Positions 9,931 through 20,326 of a DNA stretch of 64,000 nt are shown here, one piece after another; positions within the stretch are counted from its first letter, which is position 1, and every line of letters begins with the position of its first letter. The DNA is from a virus: the IMG/VR virus record IMGVR_UViG_3300045131_002298, positions 38,742 through 102,741 of that record; one strand, 5' to 3'. Under the pieces are notes generated by a model. That model saw only the letters and a program-made list of their open reading frames with translations, did no database searches and was not told where the DNA came from. The translations under genes and the position numbers were made by a program.

Positions 9931-10576
9931 AAGTATCTTAGAATTAGATACCTGTTACCCAGAATGGGATGATTCATCTTCTGCTTCTCTATATAGAAGC
10001 ATAAAATGTAAATTAAATGAACATGGTTTTGGAAGAGATATGGAATCTCTTTCTCCTTTTTTAATGAAACATCCAAAATTCTTAAGTCATTGCAATTATA
10101 TTCAGGACGGATTAGATAGACATAACGCGGTTATAGTATTAATCGACGATGCTGAGTTACTGTGGGATATTCATAGATTTTTTCCTATACTGTACGCTCT
10201 TAATAATACAGGACAGTCTGTGTATAAAGTAGCTATAAAATTCCTTTTAGATAGAATAGTAGATAGGGAACAAAATGAAGAAATATCAAAATCCCTAGAT
10301 AAAAATTTAATTGTAATTAGTAACATGTTTCATGGAGATAATAGATTATCTGCTTTTTCTGCTTCCCTTGAGGGCCTATTTGACCCCCTAATATTTAAAC
10401 GTAAAGTAGTTTTTACTTCTCATACTATAAAGAGTGACTTCTTTGATGCCGCTGAAGATGCAATGTATAAGTTACGAACTTTTTATTCTCCTTCTTTTGC
10501 ACAAACTTTTGAAACAAACGTTGCACCTCTCTTTATAAAAGTAAGAGAAAGCAAAAAATCACTATGGGAGAGATAG
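9911..10576 (+). CDS. hypothetical protein, possibly a degenerate helicase-loader-like fold
   Basis: Precedes DnaB; no intact Walker A, so function is weakly supported. Confidence 0.4.
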   Translation: MEGANYKSILELDTCYPEWDDSSSASLYRSIKCKLNEHGFGRDMESLSPFLMKHPKFLSHCNYIQDGLDRHNAVIVLIDDAELLWDIHRFFPILYALNNTGQSVYKVAIKFLLDRIVDREQNEEISKSLDKNLIVISNMFHGDNRLSAFSASLEGLFDPLIFKRKVVFTSHTIKSDFFDAAEDAMYKLRTFYSPSFAQTFETNVAPLFIKVRESKKSLWER

Positions 10577-10577
10577 G

Positions 10578-11858
10578 TTGAAACAACTAGAGCCAACTAC
10601 CGGATTATTGTTTTCGCTAGCTGTAATTGATAATAAAGGACCTTTATCTTTTTTATCCGCTTTTAGATTAATGCGCGAGTTTTTCACTAAAGAGGAGCAG
10701 CGTGTTCTAGACGTAATGTCGAAGCACGTAGAACTTTATAAAGAAATACCTACTAAGTCTCTAATAGAAATAGAAACAGGGTATACGCTTCCCGCAATTC
10801 CAGTAGAAAGTAATATTCAATTTTGGGCGGATGAAGTAAGAAAAAGATATGCGGTAGAGAATTCCTTTTCTCTCTGCAAAGAAGCCATGTCTAAAATATC
10901 AGATGGAGATATTGATAGTGCCGCTAATATTGCTTCTACTCTTACTAGAATCCTAATAGAGGGTCAAACAAAAACTAAGGTATATTCTTTAGAAGACACC
11001 ATTGATAATATTTTGGACATGTCTAGAAAAGCTAGATTAAACATTAGAGAATTTGGAGTACCCTTTGGTTTAAGTTTTTTAGATAATAGATCCGGGGGAG
11101 CGCAGGGCGGAGATTTAGTGACTCTGGCCGGAAGACCAGGGGCAGCAAAGACTTTTTTATTAATGCATATGGCATTGGCAGCGCATGCTCAGGGAAGTTC
11201 TATTCTATTTATTCCTACAGAAATGTCTGAAGTTCAATATCATAGAAGAGCAATAGCATTAAGGAATAATATTAGCGTAAATAGAATAAAATTTGGGGGG
11301 CTCTCTACTCTAATTGGAGAAGAAGTAATAAAATATGATAAGCAACTTTTGTCTGAAATGCCTAACAAATTTTATATGACAGATTCTTCCATGAGTTTAG
11401 GAATATTGGATGTTAAATCTTCTGCTTATGTATATAAGCCTGACGCAATTTATATCGACGGTGCATATTTATTAAAACCTGAGTTCTACGCTAAATCTAG
11501 ATATGAAATAGTATCTTCTGTAGCTGAGTCATTAAAAACACTAGCTAAGGAATTAAATATTCCAATATTTGCAACTTATCAATTAAATAAAAAGACTGAA
11601 GATATATATCAAAGTGATGTAGTTAGGCAATTATCTAGTATAGTCATAGAATTATCGGACTACGAGGATAATTCAGGGCAAACCTGGGATACAAGCCAGA
11701 AAGCTAAATTACTAAATATTACAAAGGGAAGAGACGGAGAAGAAGGTAGCACGATAATAGTTTTAGACACAGAACATACTAGAATTATTCAGGCTTCAGA
11801 TACAGAACAGGTACAAAATGCAGATACGGGTCATATAGCTTTAGATCCTATAGAATAG
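10578..11858 (+). CDS. dnaB: DnaB-like replicative helicase
   Basis: GGAQGGDLVTLAGRPGAAKT, TEMS, IYIDGAYL, LKTLAKELNIPI...QLN, KGRDG. Confidence 0.9.
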   Translation: MKQLEPTTGLLFSLAVIDNKGPLSFLSAFRLMREFFTKEEQRVLDVMSKHVELYKEIPTKSLIEIETGYTLPAIPVESNIQFWADEVRKRYAVENSFSLCKEAMSKISDGDIDSAANIASTLTRILIEGQTKTKVYSLEDTIDNILDMSRKARLNIREFGVPFGLSFLDNRSGGAQGGDLVTLAGRPGAAKTFLLMHMALAAHAQGSSILFIPTEMSEVQYHRRAIALRNNISVNRIKFGGLSTLIGEEVIKYDKQLLSEMPNKFYMTDSSMSLGILDVKSSAYVYKPDAIYIDGAYLLKPEFYAKSRYEIVSSVAESLKTLAKELNIPIFATYQLNKKTEDIYQSDVVRQLSSIVIELSDYEDNSGQTWDTSQKAKLLNITKGRDGEEGSTIIVLDTEHTRIIQASDTEQVQNADTGHIALDPIE

Positions 11859-11868
11859 CAGGCTTTAA

Positions 11869-12969
11869 TTGAAAGAGATTAATATTATAAAGCTTTTACG
11901 TCTTATGGGATATGATGATACTGCTATGGTTGTCAGGGATGATTGGGTTAATGTACCTTGTCCTCTGGCATCTCATAAGCATTCATCAGGACAGGATCAC
12001 CATCCTAGCGCAGGAATTTCTATAAATCCCTCCGGAAATTCTGTGTTTAAATGTTTTTCTTGTACTCCTACTCCTGTTAAGCTTTTAAGCTTAATTATTC
12101 AAAAGTCTATGTATAATGAGTATAAGGATAAAAGACTAGCCGCTCATTATCAAGCGTATGAAATATCTGCCCTCAATGAAGATGAGAGGGAAAACGATGC
12201 GCTTTTTGAAGAAGATGCAAAAGAGGGGACGTTAAAATTTAATAAATGGGTTGTTCCTAAAGTATCAGAGCAACAACAGAAGGAAGATATACCTCCTATT
12301 TTTCCACTACAATTATTAAAAAAGTTTCCATTATTAGTGGAAAATAATGATAGCGTGGCAATGAACATGAAGGACTATCTTGTTAATGTTAGGGGTATCT
12401 CATTATCAACTATTGCAGAGATGGAAATAAGATATAATAAGCAACGAAATTTAATAATATTTCCTCTTACTGATATAAAAGGAAATATTCAAGTATTAAG
12501 GGCACGAGTATGTGATGTCAACGCTAAAATTATGTTTACTATTTCCCCAAAACAATTTGGAAATAAATATGCGCTCCCTACTATAAGGGACAGTGGGGCT
12601 TGCTTTGGCCTTAATAGAGTTACTGCAGCCAAGCCTACTATTATAGTAGAATCCGAAACAGATTGTCTATTGTTAAAAACATATGGATTCAACAACGTAA
12701 TTGCCACTACTTCTGCTAGTTTTTCTAAAACGCAGATTTATAGTATACCCTCTCCAAATCTCTGGGTGGGTTTCGATAACGATGATGCCGGAAGGAGGGC
12801 CACAAAAAAGTTAATAGATATATCTAATGGAAAGTTAGTTCACGTTATAAACTGGGAAAATGCAGGAGGAAAGGACCCAGGAGATGCAGATAATCGCTTG
12901 GACATAGTCCGAGCAATCAATAAAAAAGTTCTAGTGGATAAGAAAGCGAGACAACGGAAATATTTTTAA
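11869..12969 (+). CDS. dnaG: DNA primase (Zn-binding domain + TOPRIM)
   Basis: CP...H...D..PS...FKCFSC zinc domain; IIVESETD, GFDNDDAG, KDPGD. Confidence 0.85.
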   Translation: MKEINIIKLLRLMGYDDTAMVVRDDWVNVPCPLASHKHSSGQDHHPSAGISINPSGNSVFKCFSCTPTPVKLLSLIIQKSMYNEYKDKRLAAHYQAYEISALNEDERENDALFEEDAKEGTLKFNKWVVPKVSEQQQKEDIPPIFPLQLLKKFPLLVENNDSVAMNMKDYLVNVRGISLSTIAEMEIRYNKQRNLIIFPLTDIKGNIQVLRARVCDVNAKIMFTISPKQFGNKYALPTIRDSGACFGLNRVTAAKPTIIVESETDCLLLKTYGFNNVIATTSASFSKTQIYSIPSPNLWVGFDNDDAGRRATKKLIDISNGKLVHVINWENAGGKDPGDADNRLDIVRAINKKVLVDKKARQRKYF

Positions 12970-12974
12970 ATTAT

Positions 12975-12990
12975 TTGCAATCAATTGCAA
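12975..12990. repeat. 16-bp palindrome copy 2, 7 bp upstream of a -35 box
   Basis: TTGCAATCAATTGCAA. Confidence 0.85.
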
Positions 12991-12997
12991 AAAAAGC

Positions 12998-13026
12998 TTG
13001 ACACATAATAAAAAATGTGATAAGCT
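12998..13026 (+). promoter_or_regulatory. sigma70-type promoter
   Basis: AAAGC-TTGACA-N17-TAAGCT with TG. Confidence 0.65.
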
Positions 13027-13060
13027 ATTATTCAAATACTACTTGAAAGGTAAGCCAATT

Positions 13061-13879
13061 ATGTCAAACTGGTACAGCACCGGCCTAGCAGGCCAACAAA
13101 AATTCAAAGAAATGGAAGCTCTTAGAGCAATTACAACAAAACAAACAAACATTCGTCGCTTTAGACTAAAGCCAACTGAGAAGGCTAAAGTTATTTTTCT
13201 GGAAAATCCTACAACGTGGCTCTATGAGCATAGTGTTCAGGTAGATGGCAGATGGGAAACCTTTACTTGTACTTCTGACACTGAGACTTGTCCTCTTTGT
13301 ATGATTAATAATAAGCGTAGTCCTATCCTTGTTTCTACGGTTATTGATACTCGTAAAACTATTAGCCAGAAAACTGGTAAAGAATATCAGTTTCAGAAAG
13401 TTTTGCTAGTTTTGAAGGGTAAAGGTATTAGGGCGGTTATGCGTCAATTCTTAGAGGGTAATAAAGTAGATCTCACACACTACTCTATGGAGATTGAACG
13501 TGATACTGATAAACAGTCTGTAGCTTGTGGGGAATATTTCTCCTTGGGTAAAAAAGTTACTATATCGGCCCTTGAAGCTATAGCCAAAAAGATCGAAGCC
13601 GATCCTAAGGAATTTCTTAAACCTATTGATTACTTTACAGTATTGGCACCTAAGTCTGATAAAGAACTTAGAGTTATTGCCGGTATAGGCGATCCAATGG
13701 GAGCGGACGAGTCCACAGAGCTTGAGGATGAGTTTGGTTTGGGACTTGAAGAAAAAGCCCCCGTATCTGAAACTACAGAGGACTTCTTTGAAGATACTGA
13801 TGAAACTATGGATGATGAAGAAGTCTCGTCAGAATCGACTACAGACCCCAAAAAAGACGATCTCAATGATCTGCTTTAA
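13061..13879 (+). CDS. single-stranded DNA-binding protein (gp32-like)
   Basis: RRFRL...YEH...FTC...CPLC zinc motif and a long acidic C-terminal tail. True ATG at 13061. Confidence 0.7.
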   Translation: MSNWYSTGLAGQQKFKEMEALRAITTKQTNIRRFRLKPTEKAKVIFLENPTTWLYEHSVQVDGRWETFTCTSDTETCPLCMINNKRSPILVSTVIDTRKTISQKTGKEYQFQKVLLVLKGKGIRAVMRQFLEGNKVDLTHYSMEIERDTDKQSVACGEYFSLGKKVTISALEAIAKKIEADPKEFLKPIDYFTVLAPKSDKELRVIAGIGDPMGADESTELEDEFGLGLEEKAPVSETTEDFFEDTDETMDDEEVSSESTTDPKKDDLNDLL

Positions 13880-13906
13880 TTAGCAGATTGTAGTTAGGGC
13901 TTTCTT

Positions 13907-15268
13907 ATGTTTAAAAAAGTGATCTTATCAGAGTATTTATATATACCTAAGTCAGAGATAAATGTATCTGACTATAAACAGAGATATACGATTACAGGTA
14001 AATATAAGAATAGCCCTACTATCCCTTATTATAAAGAGACATCTGACTATATAGGAATCCCGCGCCATGCTTTGCGTTTAAGCAAGGAAATGGCCGAAAC
14101 CATTATAGATAATAGAACTATAGGTAGTAAAGTAGACTTTAGATTTAAAGGAAATTTATGGGATTATCAAACTAAAGCTATAAATGAATTTACCGCGCTG
14201 TTGGATAAAGGAGCTACCGGATTTTTTTTAGAAGCAGCCCCGGGGTCAGGTAAAACAGTAATGGGCTTAAAAATGCTTTCATTGCTTCATACTAATGCTT
14301 TAATAGTAGTTCCTAAAAGCGATCTTGTAAAGCAGTGGAAAGATAGAATTTTACAATTTACAGATTTGAAAGAAGAAGATATTGGAATAGTAGAAGGTGG
14401 TAAAGCTGAGTATGAGAATAAAAAAGTAGTAATTGGACTAATTCATTCCATAGTAATTCCTAGAATAGCTACTAGTGAATTCAAAAATAGTTTTGGAGTT
14501 ATATTCTTTGATGAATGCGATAGTTCACTTCCCCCTAAAACTTTTTCTTCTGCTTCTGGTATGTTTCCGGCTAAGTGGAGAATAGGCGTAACTGCTTCTG
14601 CCACGCGCATGGATGGACTACATGTTATATTCGAAGAAAGTTTAGCCCAATTTCGCATTAAATGTAAGAACACTAAAACTATGGCACCTATGGTTGTGCT
14701 TCACAGATTCTACGGATCCTCAGGTCTTATCCCTTCTTACTTAAAAGACATTCAACGTAGAGGAGTATTAATATCTAATCTTGCTAAAAATGCGGTAAGA
14801 AATGATCTTATTGCCAGTTATGCCTCTAAAAGCTTTAGTTCTGGTAGAGTGACTCTTATAATGTCAGACCGTAAAGAACAATTACAAAATATTAAAGAAC
14901 TTTTAGTAAAGGTATATAATATAAGTCCAAAAAGAATTGGATACTTTGTGCGCTCTTTAAATGGTAAAATGTTAAAACAGGAAGAAAAGGATAAGTCTGC
15001 AGAAGAATCATCAATAATATTAGCTAGTTATGGTATGATGAGTCGTGGTACGGATATACCTAGAATGGATACTTTAATACTTGCTACTATTAGAACCGAT
15101 ATGAGACAGACATTAGGTAGGATAGAAAGATACCTAGTAGGTAAAAAAACCCCAGTAGTAATAGACGTTATTGATATGTTTTACAAGGAAACTAAAAATA
15201 GTGCACAGTCCAGAATAAAGTTTTATCAAGAACGTGGATTACAAATAAAGGAAGTTCGTAATAAATGA
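13907..15268 (+). CDS. superfamily 2 helicase (UvsW/XPB-like)
   Basis: LWDYQ, APGSGKT, FDECD, TAS..R.DG, GTDIPRMD, QTLGRIER. Confidence 0.9.
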   Translation: MFKKVILSEYLYIPKSEINVSDYKQRYTITGKYKNSPTIPYYKETSDYIGIPRHALRLSKEMAETIIDNRTIGSKVDFRFKGNLWDYQTKAINEFTALLDKGATGFFLEAAPGSGKTVMGLKMLSLLHTNALIVVPKSDLVKQWKDRILQFTDLKEEDIGIVEGGKAEYENKKVVIGLIHSIVIPRIATSEFKNSFGVIFFDECDSSLPPKTFSSASGMFPAKWRIGVTASATRMDGLHVIFEESLAQFRIKCKNTKTMAPMVVLHRFYGSSGLIPSYLKDIQRRGVLISNLAKNAVRNDLIASYASKSFSSGRVTLIMSDRKEQLQNIKELLVKVYNISPKRIGYFVRSLNGKMLKQEEKDKSAEESSIILASYGMMSRGTDIPRMDTLILATIRTDMRQTLGRIERYLVGKKTPVVIDVIDMFYKETKNSAQSRIKFYQERGLQIKEVRNK

Positions 15269-15657
15269 AAAAAGCAAAGCCAGCAATTAAAAAAATTGAC
15301 AAAGAAGTCGCTGCACCAGAAGAAAAGGTAGTAGCTATAGACCAAATCCCCCCTGCCTCCGAAAGTATTTCTGAAGAAGGATACTTGGAAGTAACTCAAA
15401 CTGTGGTAGGTAAACAAACACAAGAACCTAAAATAATTAAGATAAGGCCCTTTGTAACAACCCCCGCCAGGGTTACAGTTCATGCTAAGAGACATATACC
15501 ATTAGGACCAAATGAAGGTAACATTACTGTAGCAATAGACCTCAGCATACCATGTTATACTGAGGAAATAGGAAGCGTTTATAAGCAAACTAGCGATCTT
15601 GTTGATAAAATAATGGAAAGAAAATTAACACATATGGGATTGGTGAATAATGGCTGA
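15265..15657 (+). CDS. hypothetical protein
   Basis: Overlaps the flanking genes in the operon. Confidence 0.6.
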   Translation: MKKAKPAIKKIDKEVAAPEEKVVAIDQIPPASESISEEGYLEVTQTVVGKQTQEPKIIKIRPFVTTPARVTVHAKRHIPLGPNEGNITVAIDLSIPCYTEEIGSVYKQTSDLVDKIMERKLTHMGLVNNG

Positions 15658-16843
15658 GCTAAAAGATCTAGCTAAAGTAGCTAACCTCGGAAGCATATCG
15701 CAAAAGCTCAACGAAAGGTATGGGGACAGGTCCTGTATACAAGGAACCGAAGCTTTAGACGATGCCCAGAGACTACCTACGGGCATTTTTACATTTGATT
15801 ATGCTACGGGAGGCGGGTTTCCTATACATCAGTACTCTCTAGTTAAAGGCCCGGAACACGGGGGCAAGACTTCTTTACTTATGTCTGCTATGGCAAAAGT
15901 AGCAAAAATATGCTGGAGATGTTTTAAGCCCTTAAGTCAATGTGAGTGTTCTCTTCCATCAATAAGGATGAAATCTGTATGGTGTGATGTAGAAGGCACC
16001 TTCAATAAGTTTTGGGCACAGAGTATTGGGTGTAATCCTGAAGATTACTATTTAAATGTGAGTGATGCCGGTAACCAGTATGGAGACATCATAGATTATT
16101 CATTAAGAGCAGATGATTGTGGTTTAGTCATATTAGATTCAGTAGCAGCTCTATTTCCGTCTGATATGATGGACTCTTCTCTTGATGACAAAGTTATAGG
16201 GAACCAAGCAAAACTTGTAACCAACCTAATTAATAAGGTTAATAGTAGGCTAAGTAAAGAATACAAAAGAGGCCACCCTTGTTTAGTGCTTCTTACTAAT
16301 CAACTCCGTGCTAATATAGGAGTGTTCTATGGTCCGTCTACAACACAGCCAGGGGGCTACGCTATACGCTTTTTTTCTGCTCTTACTATCCATATCTCAA
16401 AAAAAGCACTCCAGGATAAAGAGAAGTATTACGATAAAGAAAAAGATCTGCATATGGCGCAGAAGCATTCCTTTTATATTGAAAAATTTAAATCCTTAAA
16501 ACTCTCTGAATCAGGAGAATTTATAAGAGTAACCGCAGATATCCCTGAGTTAGAGTTTTCTAGGGGGGATATTATAGATCATAAGCTAGTTATAACAGAA
16601 CTTCTTAATCATGGTTTAATGACAAAGGGCACTACTAAATATACAATGGGTAAAAGTAGTGGATCTCAGAAAGACTTTGTTGAAATGTGGAAGAAAAACA
16701 AGGATTTATATTTTGAAACACAAATACAGCTGATAAACCATATAAAAGATAAAATTATTAAAAAAGAAGGTGCGATTAAATCCGTGCCTAAAGAGGTAAA
16801 GGCGTGCCCAGAAGACTCTGCGCCAGTTGCAAAAAAACAATAG
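15650..16843 (+). CDS. recA: RecA/UvsX-like recombinase
   Basis: PTGIFTFD.ATGGGFP, GPEHGGKT, LDSVAAL, NQLR, PGG.AI.F. Confidence 0.92.
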   Translation: MAELKDLAKVANLGSISQKLNERYGDRSCIQGTEALDDAQRLPTGIFTFDYATGGGFPIHQYSLVKGPEHGGKTSLLMSAMAKVAKICWRCFKPLSQCECSLPSIRMKSVWCDVEGTFNKFWAQSIGCNPEDYYLNVSDAGNQYGDIIDYSLRADDCGLVILDSVAALFPSDMMDSSLDDKVIGNQAKLVTNLINKVNSRLSKEYKRGHPCLVLLTNQLRANIGVFYGPSTTQPGGYAIRFFSALTIHISKKALQDKEKYYDKEKDLHMAQKHSFYIEKFKSLKLSESGEFIRVTADIPELEFSRGDIIDHKLVITELLNHGLMTKGTTKYTMGKSSGSQKDFVEMWKKNKDLYFETQIQLINHIKDKIIKKEGAIKSVPKEVKACPEDSAPVAKKQ

Positions 16844-17322
16844 TAGTAGCACAGAAAGATTGGAAATACCAGCATAGTGGTCTAGATTTTTTCTGTAGTA
16901 AAAAATGTTTAGTAAATAAAATAAAAAGTTGCTATAAAGATGAGGGCGTTATAAATCCTGACTGGAGATATGACGTCCCTGAAATATCTGATGTAAATTG
17001 TTCTGCCTGTATGTTTTATTCAAACAAACTTGATAAATATTTTAGGTCTGAGTTTGAGGGAAGAGTGGCGGAATATTTGCAATCAATTGCAATTGATTTT
17101 TTATATGAACCTTATTGTTTTTCCATAGGCAAGTACACCTATACGCCTGATTTTTATATTCCTCCCCCTTATGACTGTTTTTTAGAGGTCAAGGGGGAGT
17201 TTGCTATTAGAGGTAAAACTAAATTGACAGAATTTAAATTAGCATATCCTGACGTAAATTTTATATTTATACCGTGGACGATGCGAAGTGAGTTTGAATA
17301 CAGTGACCCTCACTTCGAATGA
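16804..17322 (+). CDS. PD-(D/E)XK endonuclease with N-terminal Zn finger
   Basis: CxxC...FCSxxC; FRSEFE...YEP...YTPDF...EVKG (T7 endonuclease I-like pattern). Confidence 0.75.
   Translation: MPRRLCASCKKTIVVAQKDWKYQHSGLDFFCSKKCLVNKIKSCYKDEGVINPDWRYDVPEISDVNCSACMFYSNKLDKYFRSEFEGRVAEYLQSIAIDFLYEPYCFSIGKYTYTPDFYIPPPYDCFLEVKGEFAIRGKTKLTEFKLAYPDVNFIFIPWTMRSEFEYSDPHFE
17077..17092. repeat. 16-bp palindrome copy 3 (within CDS)
   Basis: TTGCAATCAATTGCAA, read as LQSIA. Confidence 0.85.
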
Positions 17323-18160
17323 AAAATCAGGGGATCCCGAGCTAATAACACGAGATTTTGTATCAGTAAAAAGTAAGTTACATACTAAGATACTACCTAG
17401 ATATCCTCGCGCTTCTTCTCTATACAAAGATTGTATGAGGCAGCTTGTTTTAATTAATAAATGTAAAATAGAAGAAAAGGAATATGTAAAATTTTCTAAC
17501 ACAGTAGTCTTTGATATAGGAAATTCCGTACATTTTTGGGCCCAAAATACTAAATCTTTTATATCTGATGATTTAAGAAGTGGTTTCTGGAGGTGTAGAG
17601 CATGCGATTATATGACACCTTTTACAAAGAAAGTTAAAGAAAAGTGTCCAGTGTGCGGCGCAAATCCTAAAGCCTTTGAGTATACCGAGTATTCATTAAA
17701 AATGGAAAAGCCATTATTTGTTACGGGCCATCCCGATATGTTCGTAGAAAAGCCAGAAAACAACTTTAGAGTGTTAGAATTAAAAACAATAGATACGGTT
17801 GGGTTCGATAAATTAAAGGCTCCTCTTATTGAACACCTCTGGCAAATACAGACATATATGTGGGGGATAGGAAAAGATCGTTTAGCTAAACATATTTCTT
17901 TTGATCCTAAATATGGGTATATAATGTATATTTCTAAGGGATTCAAAATGAAAACCTCTCCAGTTAAAACCTTTCTAGTAAAACATGACAAAGTTATACT
18001 TAGAGATATTTTCAACAAGTTAACGGAGTTTAAAAAGGGATACACAGAGAACATACTCCCCCCTAGATTAACGTCCTGTTATGATTCTGGTTACTCCACA
18101 TATCTTGCAAAAAATTGTCCAGTACTAAATTTTTGTAAGATGCAGAAAGAAAAAGCTTGA
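17288..18160 (+). CDS. Cas4-like PD-(D/E)XK exonuclease
   Basis: RASSL..C.R, GNSVH, GHPD, ELKT, QIQTYM, C-terminal Cys cluster. Confidence 0.75.
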   Translation: MSLNTVTLTSNEKSGDPELITRDFVSVKSKLHTKILPRYPRASSLYKDCMRQLVLINKCKIEEKEYVKFSNTVVFDIGNSVHFWAQNTKSFISDDLRSGFWRCRACDYMTPFTKKVKEKCPVCGANPKAFEYTEYSLKMEKPLFVTGHPDMFVEKPENNFRVLELKTIDTVGFDKLKAPLIEHLWQIQTYMWGIGKDRLAKHISFDPKYGYIMYISKGFKMKTSPVKTFLVKHDKVILRDIFNKLTEFKKGYTENILPPRLTSCYDSGYSTYLAKNCPVLNFCKMQKEKA

Positions 18161-18185
18161 CAAGCTTTTAAATTTGTGGTATAGA
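18157..18185 (+). promoter_or_regulatory. sigma70-type promoter
   Basis: AAAAGC-TTGACA-N17-TATAGA with TG. Confidence 0.7.
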
Positions 18186-18191
18186 TAGAAA

Positions 18192-18743
18192 ATGATAACA
18201 GAAGACACGCAACTAATAATAGGTTTGGACCTTTCGCTTACTTCTACTGGAGTTAGCGTATATTCTATTTCAGAGGATACTATAGTCACTGAGAGTATAA
18301 AAACTTCTAATAAGAATTCCTATATGCAGAGATATAGAATTATACTTGATAGAATAACTGAGATAGATCATTTTATAGTCCCGGGCGCAATCTACTTTAT
18401 AGAGGGATATTCATTTGGTTCCTTCGGAAAGTCCAGTTCAATGTCTAATTTAATAGAATTAGGAGGAATAATCAAATATGATCTAACTAACAGGGAAAGG
18501 TTTTATATTGATGTTCCTCCTACTGTATTAAAAAAGTTTGTTACAGGAAAGGGCAATGCTAAAAAGGAGGACATTAAATTAGCTCTTTATAAAAAATATC
18601 ATAAGGAATTTAAGAATTCTGATGAGGCTGACGCTTATGCCCTAACCATGTTTGGGCTTAAGTATTTAGCTTTAGCCTCTAACTTTAATAATAACACCAC
18701 TGCGGCGGAAAAAGAATGTATCCTAAAGGTAAGAGGCATGTAA
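18192..18743 (+). CDS. ruvC: RuvC-like Holliday junction resolvase
   Basis: IGLDLSLTSTG, IEGY, PTVLKKFVTGKGNAKK, DEADA. Confidence 0.88.
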   Translation: MITEDTQLIIGLDLSLTSTGVSVYSISEDTIVTESIKTSNKNSYMQRYRIILDRITEIDHFIVPGAIYFIEGYSFGSFGKSSSMSNLIELGGIIKYDLTNRERFYIDVPPTVLKKFVTGKGNAKKEDIKLALYKKYHKEFKNSDEADAYALTMFGLKYLALASNFNNNTTAAEKECILKVRGM

Positions 18744-20320
18744 TGACACCCAAGCTTAAAAACTATCTTGCTAGTTCTAATCCCTGTTTATTTATGCCCA
18801 CTGTAGAAGATGTTAAAGCAGAAAAACATATTATATCTACTATGGTTGACTTAAATTTTATAGATAGAGAGTTATGTATCTGGAAAGTTACCTCAGGTGC
18901 ACAGAGATATGAAAGAGGAGCGTGGATAAAAGAATTAGTCCCGTCTACTAAAGATAGGCCTATAAAAGATTTTATACCTGCTCTAAATCATGTTGCAGAG
19001 AATTCCAAGACTATAGGAATCTTTTATCATATAAGAGGCTTGCTAAAAGAAGCTAATGTTATACAGTCTATAATTGACGCCGCATATAAGGCTAAACGTA
19101 ATTTTTCCACTATTATTTTTGTAGGTGCTTATTTAGACTTACCCCCAGAACTTTATAATATAATTACGTATTGTGATTTCCCTCTTCCTACTAAAGAAGA
19201 AATTGAAGAACTTTATGATAAATTAATGAAGGAATGGGAGCCTCATATTCTTTTCTCTAAAAAGAAGAAAAAAGAAAAAAAAGAATTGATAAGTAAGGCG
19301 GCTACTTCCGCTCTGGGGTTAGACCTATTTTCAGCTGAAAACGCAATAGCACTTGCAGTTAGTCTTACCGAAGAGCCTAATTATAAAATTATACAATCAC
19401 AAAAAGAACAACATGTTAAAAAATCTGAAGTTCTAGAGTGTATAGATACAGATATTACTTTAGATGATGTAGGAGGTTTTGGCTCTTTAAAAGAATGGCT
19501 TGATAAAAGAAAAACGGCTTTTGGGGACACTGCTAAAGAATATGGATTAAATTCTCCTAAAGGTATATTACTACTCGGCTTGCCCGGAACAGGAAAGTCT
19601 CATATAGGGAAATCTATAGCTTCTTTTTTAGAGTTGCCACTACTAAGACTGGATATCAGTAGTGTATTCTCTAAATTCGTAGGAGACAGCGAATCTAAAA
19701 TAAGAAGAGCATTAGATGTTATAGAGGCCATAGCACCCGCCGTTGTACTCCTAGATGAAGCGGATAAAGCTTTTGCTGGTATGGAGTCTAGTGGAAAAAC
19801 AGACTCTGGGGTTACTGCTAGGGTGTTATCTACCTTACTTACTTGGAGACAAGAAACTAAGAGTCCTGTATTTATGATCTTCACAGCTAATGATCCAGAC
19901 ATGATGCCCTCTATGGTATACAGAAAAGGCCGCCTGGATGAGATATGGGCAGTAGAACTTCCTACCTTTGAAGAAAGGCAGTCTATATATAAAATACATA
20001 TAGAAAGAAGAAAAAGAGACGCGTCTAATTATGATTTAGCTTTGCTTTCAAAAAATTCAGAAAATTTTACTGGAGCAGAGATAGAAGCTACCATAGAAGA
20101 TGCACTGTTTAATTCTTTTTATGAAGGAGTAGAATTAGAGAATAGACATATACTAAAGTCTATTTCTGAGACAAACCCACAAAACAATATAGAAAGCGAG
20201 GATATGGTTAGGATAAAAGACTGGATGAAGAATAGGGCCAGACCTGTATCAAACAGTGAGGAGAGTTCAGGAGAACCCACTAAGAAAAAAACAAATTTAA
20301 GTTTAATTAGGAAAGATTAA
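18743..20320 (+). CDS. AAA+ ATPase (Ycf46-like)
   Basis: DVGG...LKEWL, PKGILLLGLPGTGKS, LLDEADK, TAND, RKGRLDE, FTGAEIE. Confidence 0.88.
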   Translation: MTPKLKNYLASSNPCLFMPTVEDVKAEKHIISTMVDLNFIDRELCIWKVTSGAQRYERGAWIKELVPSTKDRPIKDFIPALNHVAENSKTIGIFYHIRGLLKEANVIQSIIDAAYKAKRNFSTIIFVGAYLDLPPELYNIITYCDFPLPTKEEIEELYDKLMKEWEPHILFSKKKKKEKKELISKAATSALGLDLFSAENAIALAVSLTEEPNYKIIQSQKEQHVKKSEVLECIDTDITLDDVGGFGSLKEWLDKRKTAFGDTAKEYGLNSPKGILLLGLPGTGKSHIGKSIASFLELPLLRLDISSVFSKFVGDSESKIRRALDVIEAIAPAVVLLDEADKAFAGMESSGKTDSGVTARVLSTLLTWRQETKSPVFMIFTANDPDMMPSMVYRKGRLDEIWAVELPTFEERQSIYKIHIERRKRDASNYDLALLSKNSENFTGAEIEATIEDALFNSFYEGVELENRHILKSISETNPQNNIESEDMVRIKDWMKNRARPVSNSEESSGEPTKKKTNLSLIRKD

Positions 20321-20326
20321 GGGTGA

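Noticed and set aside
12998-13060. TTG-started N-terminal extension of the SSB ORF (likewise 8960 for the protease)
   Set aside because: The TTG is part of a TTGACA box; downstream ATGs with RBS fit better.
17608-18054. 148-aa antisense ORF and the many other short antisense ORFs in the track
   Set aside because: They lie opposite well-supported genes and have no motifs or RBS.
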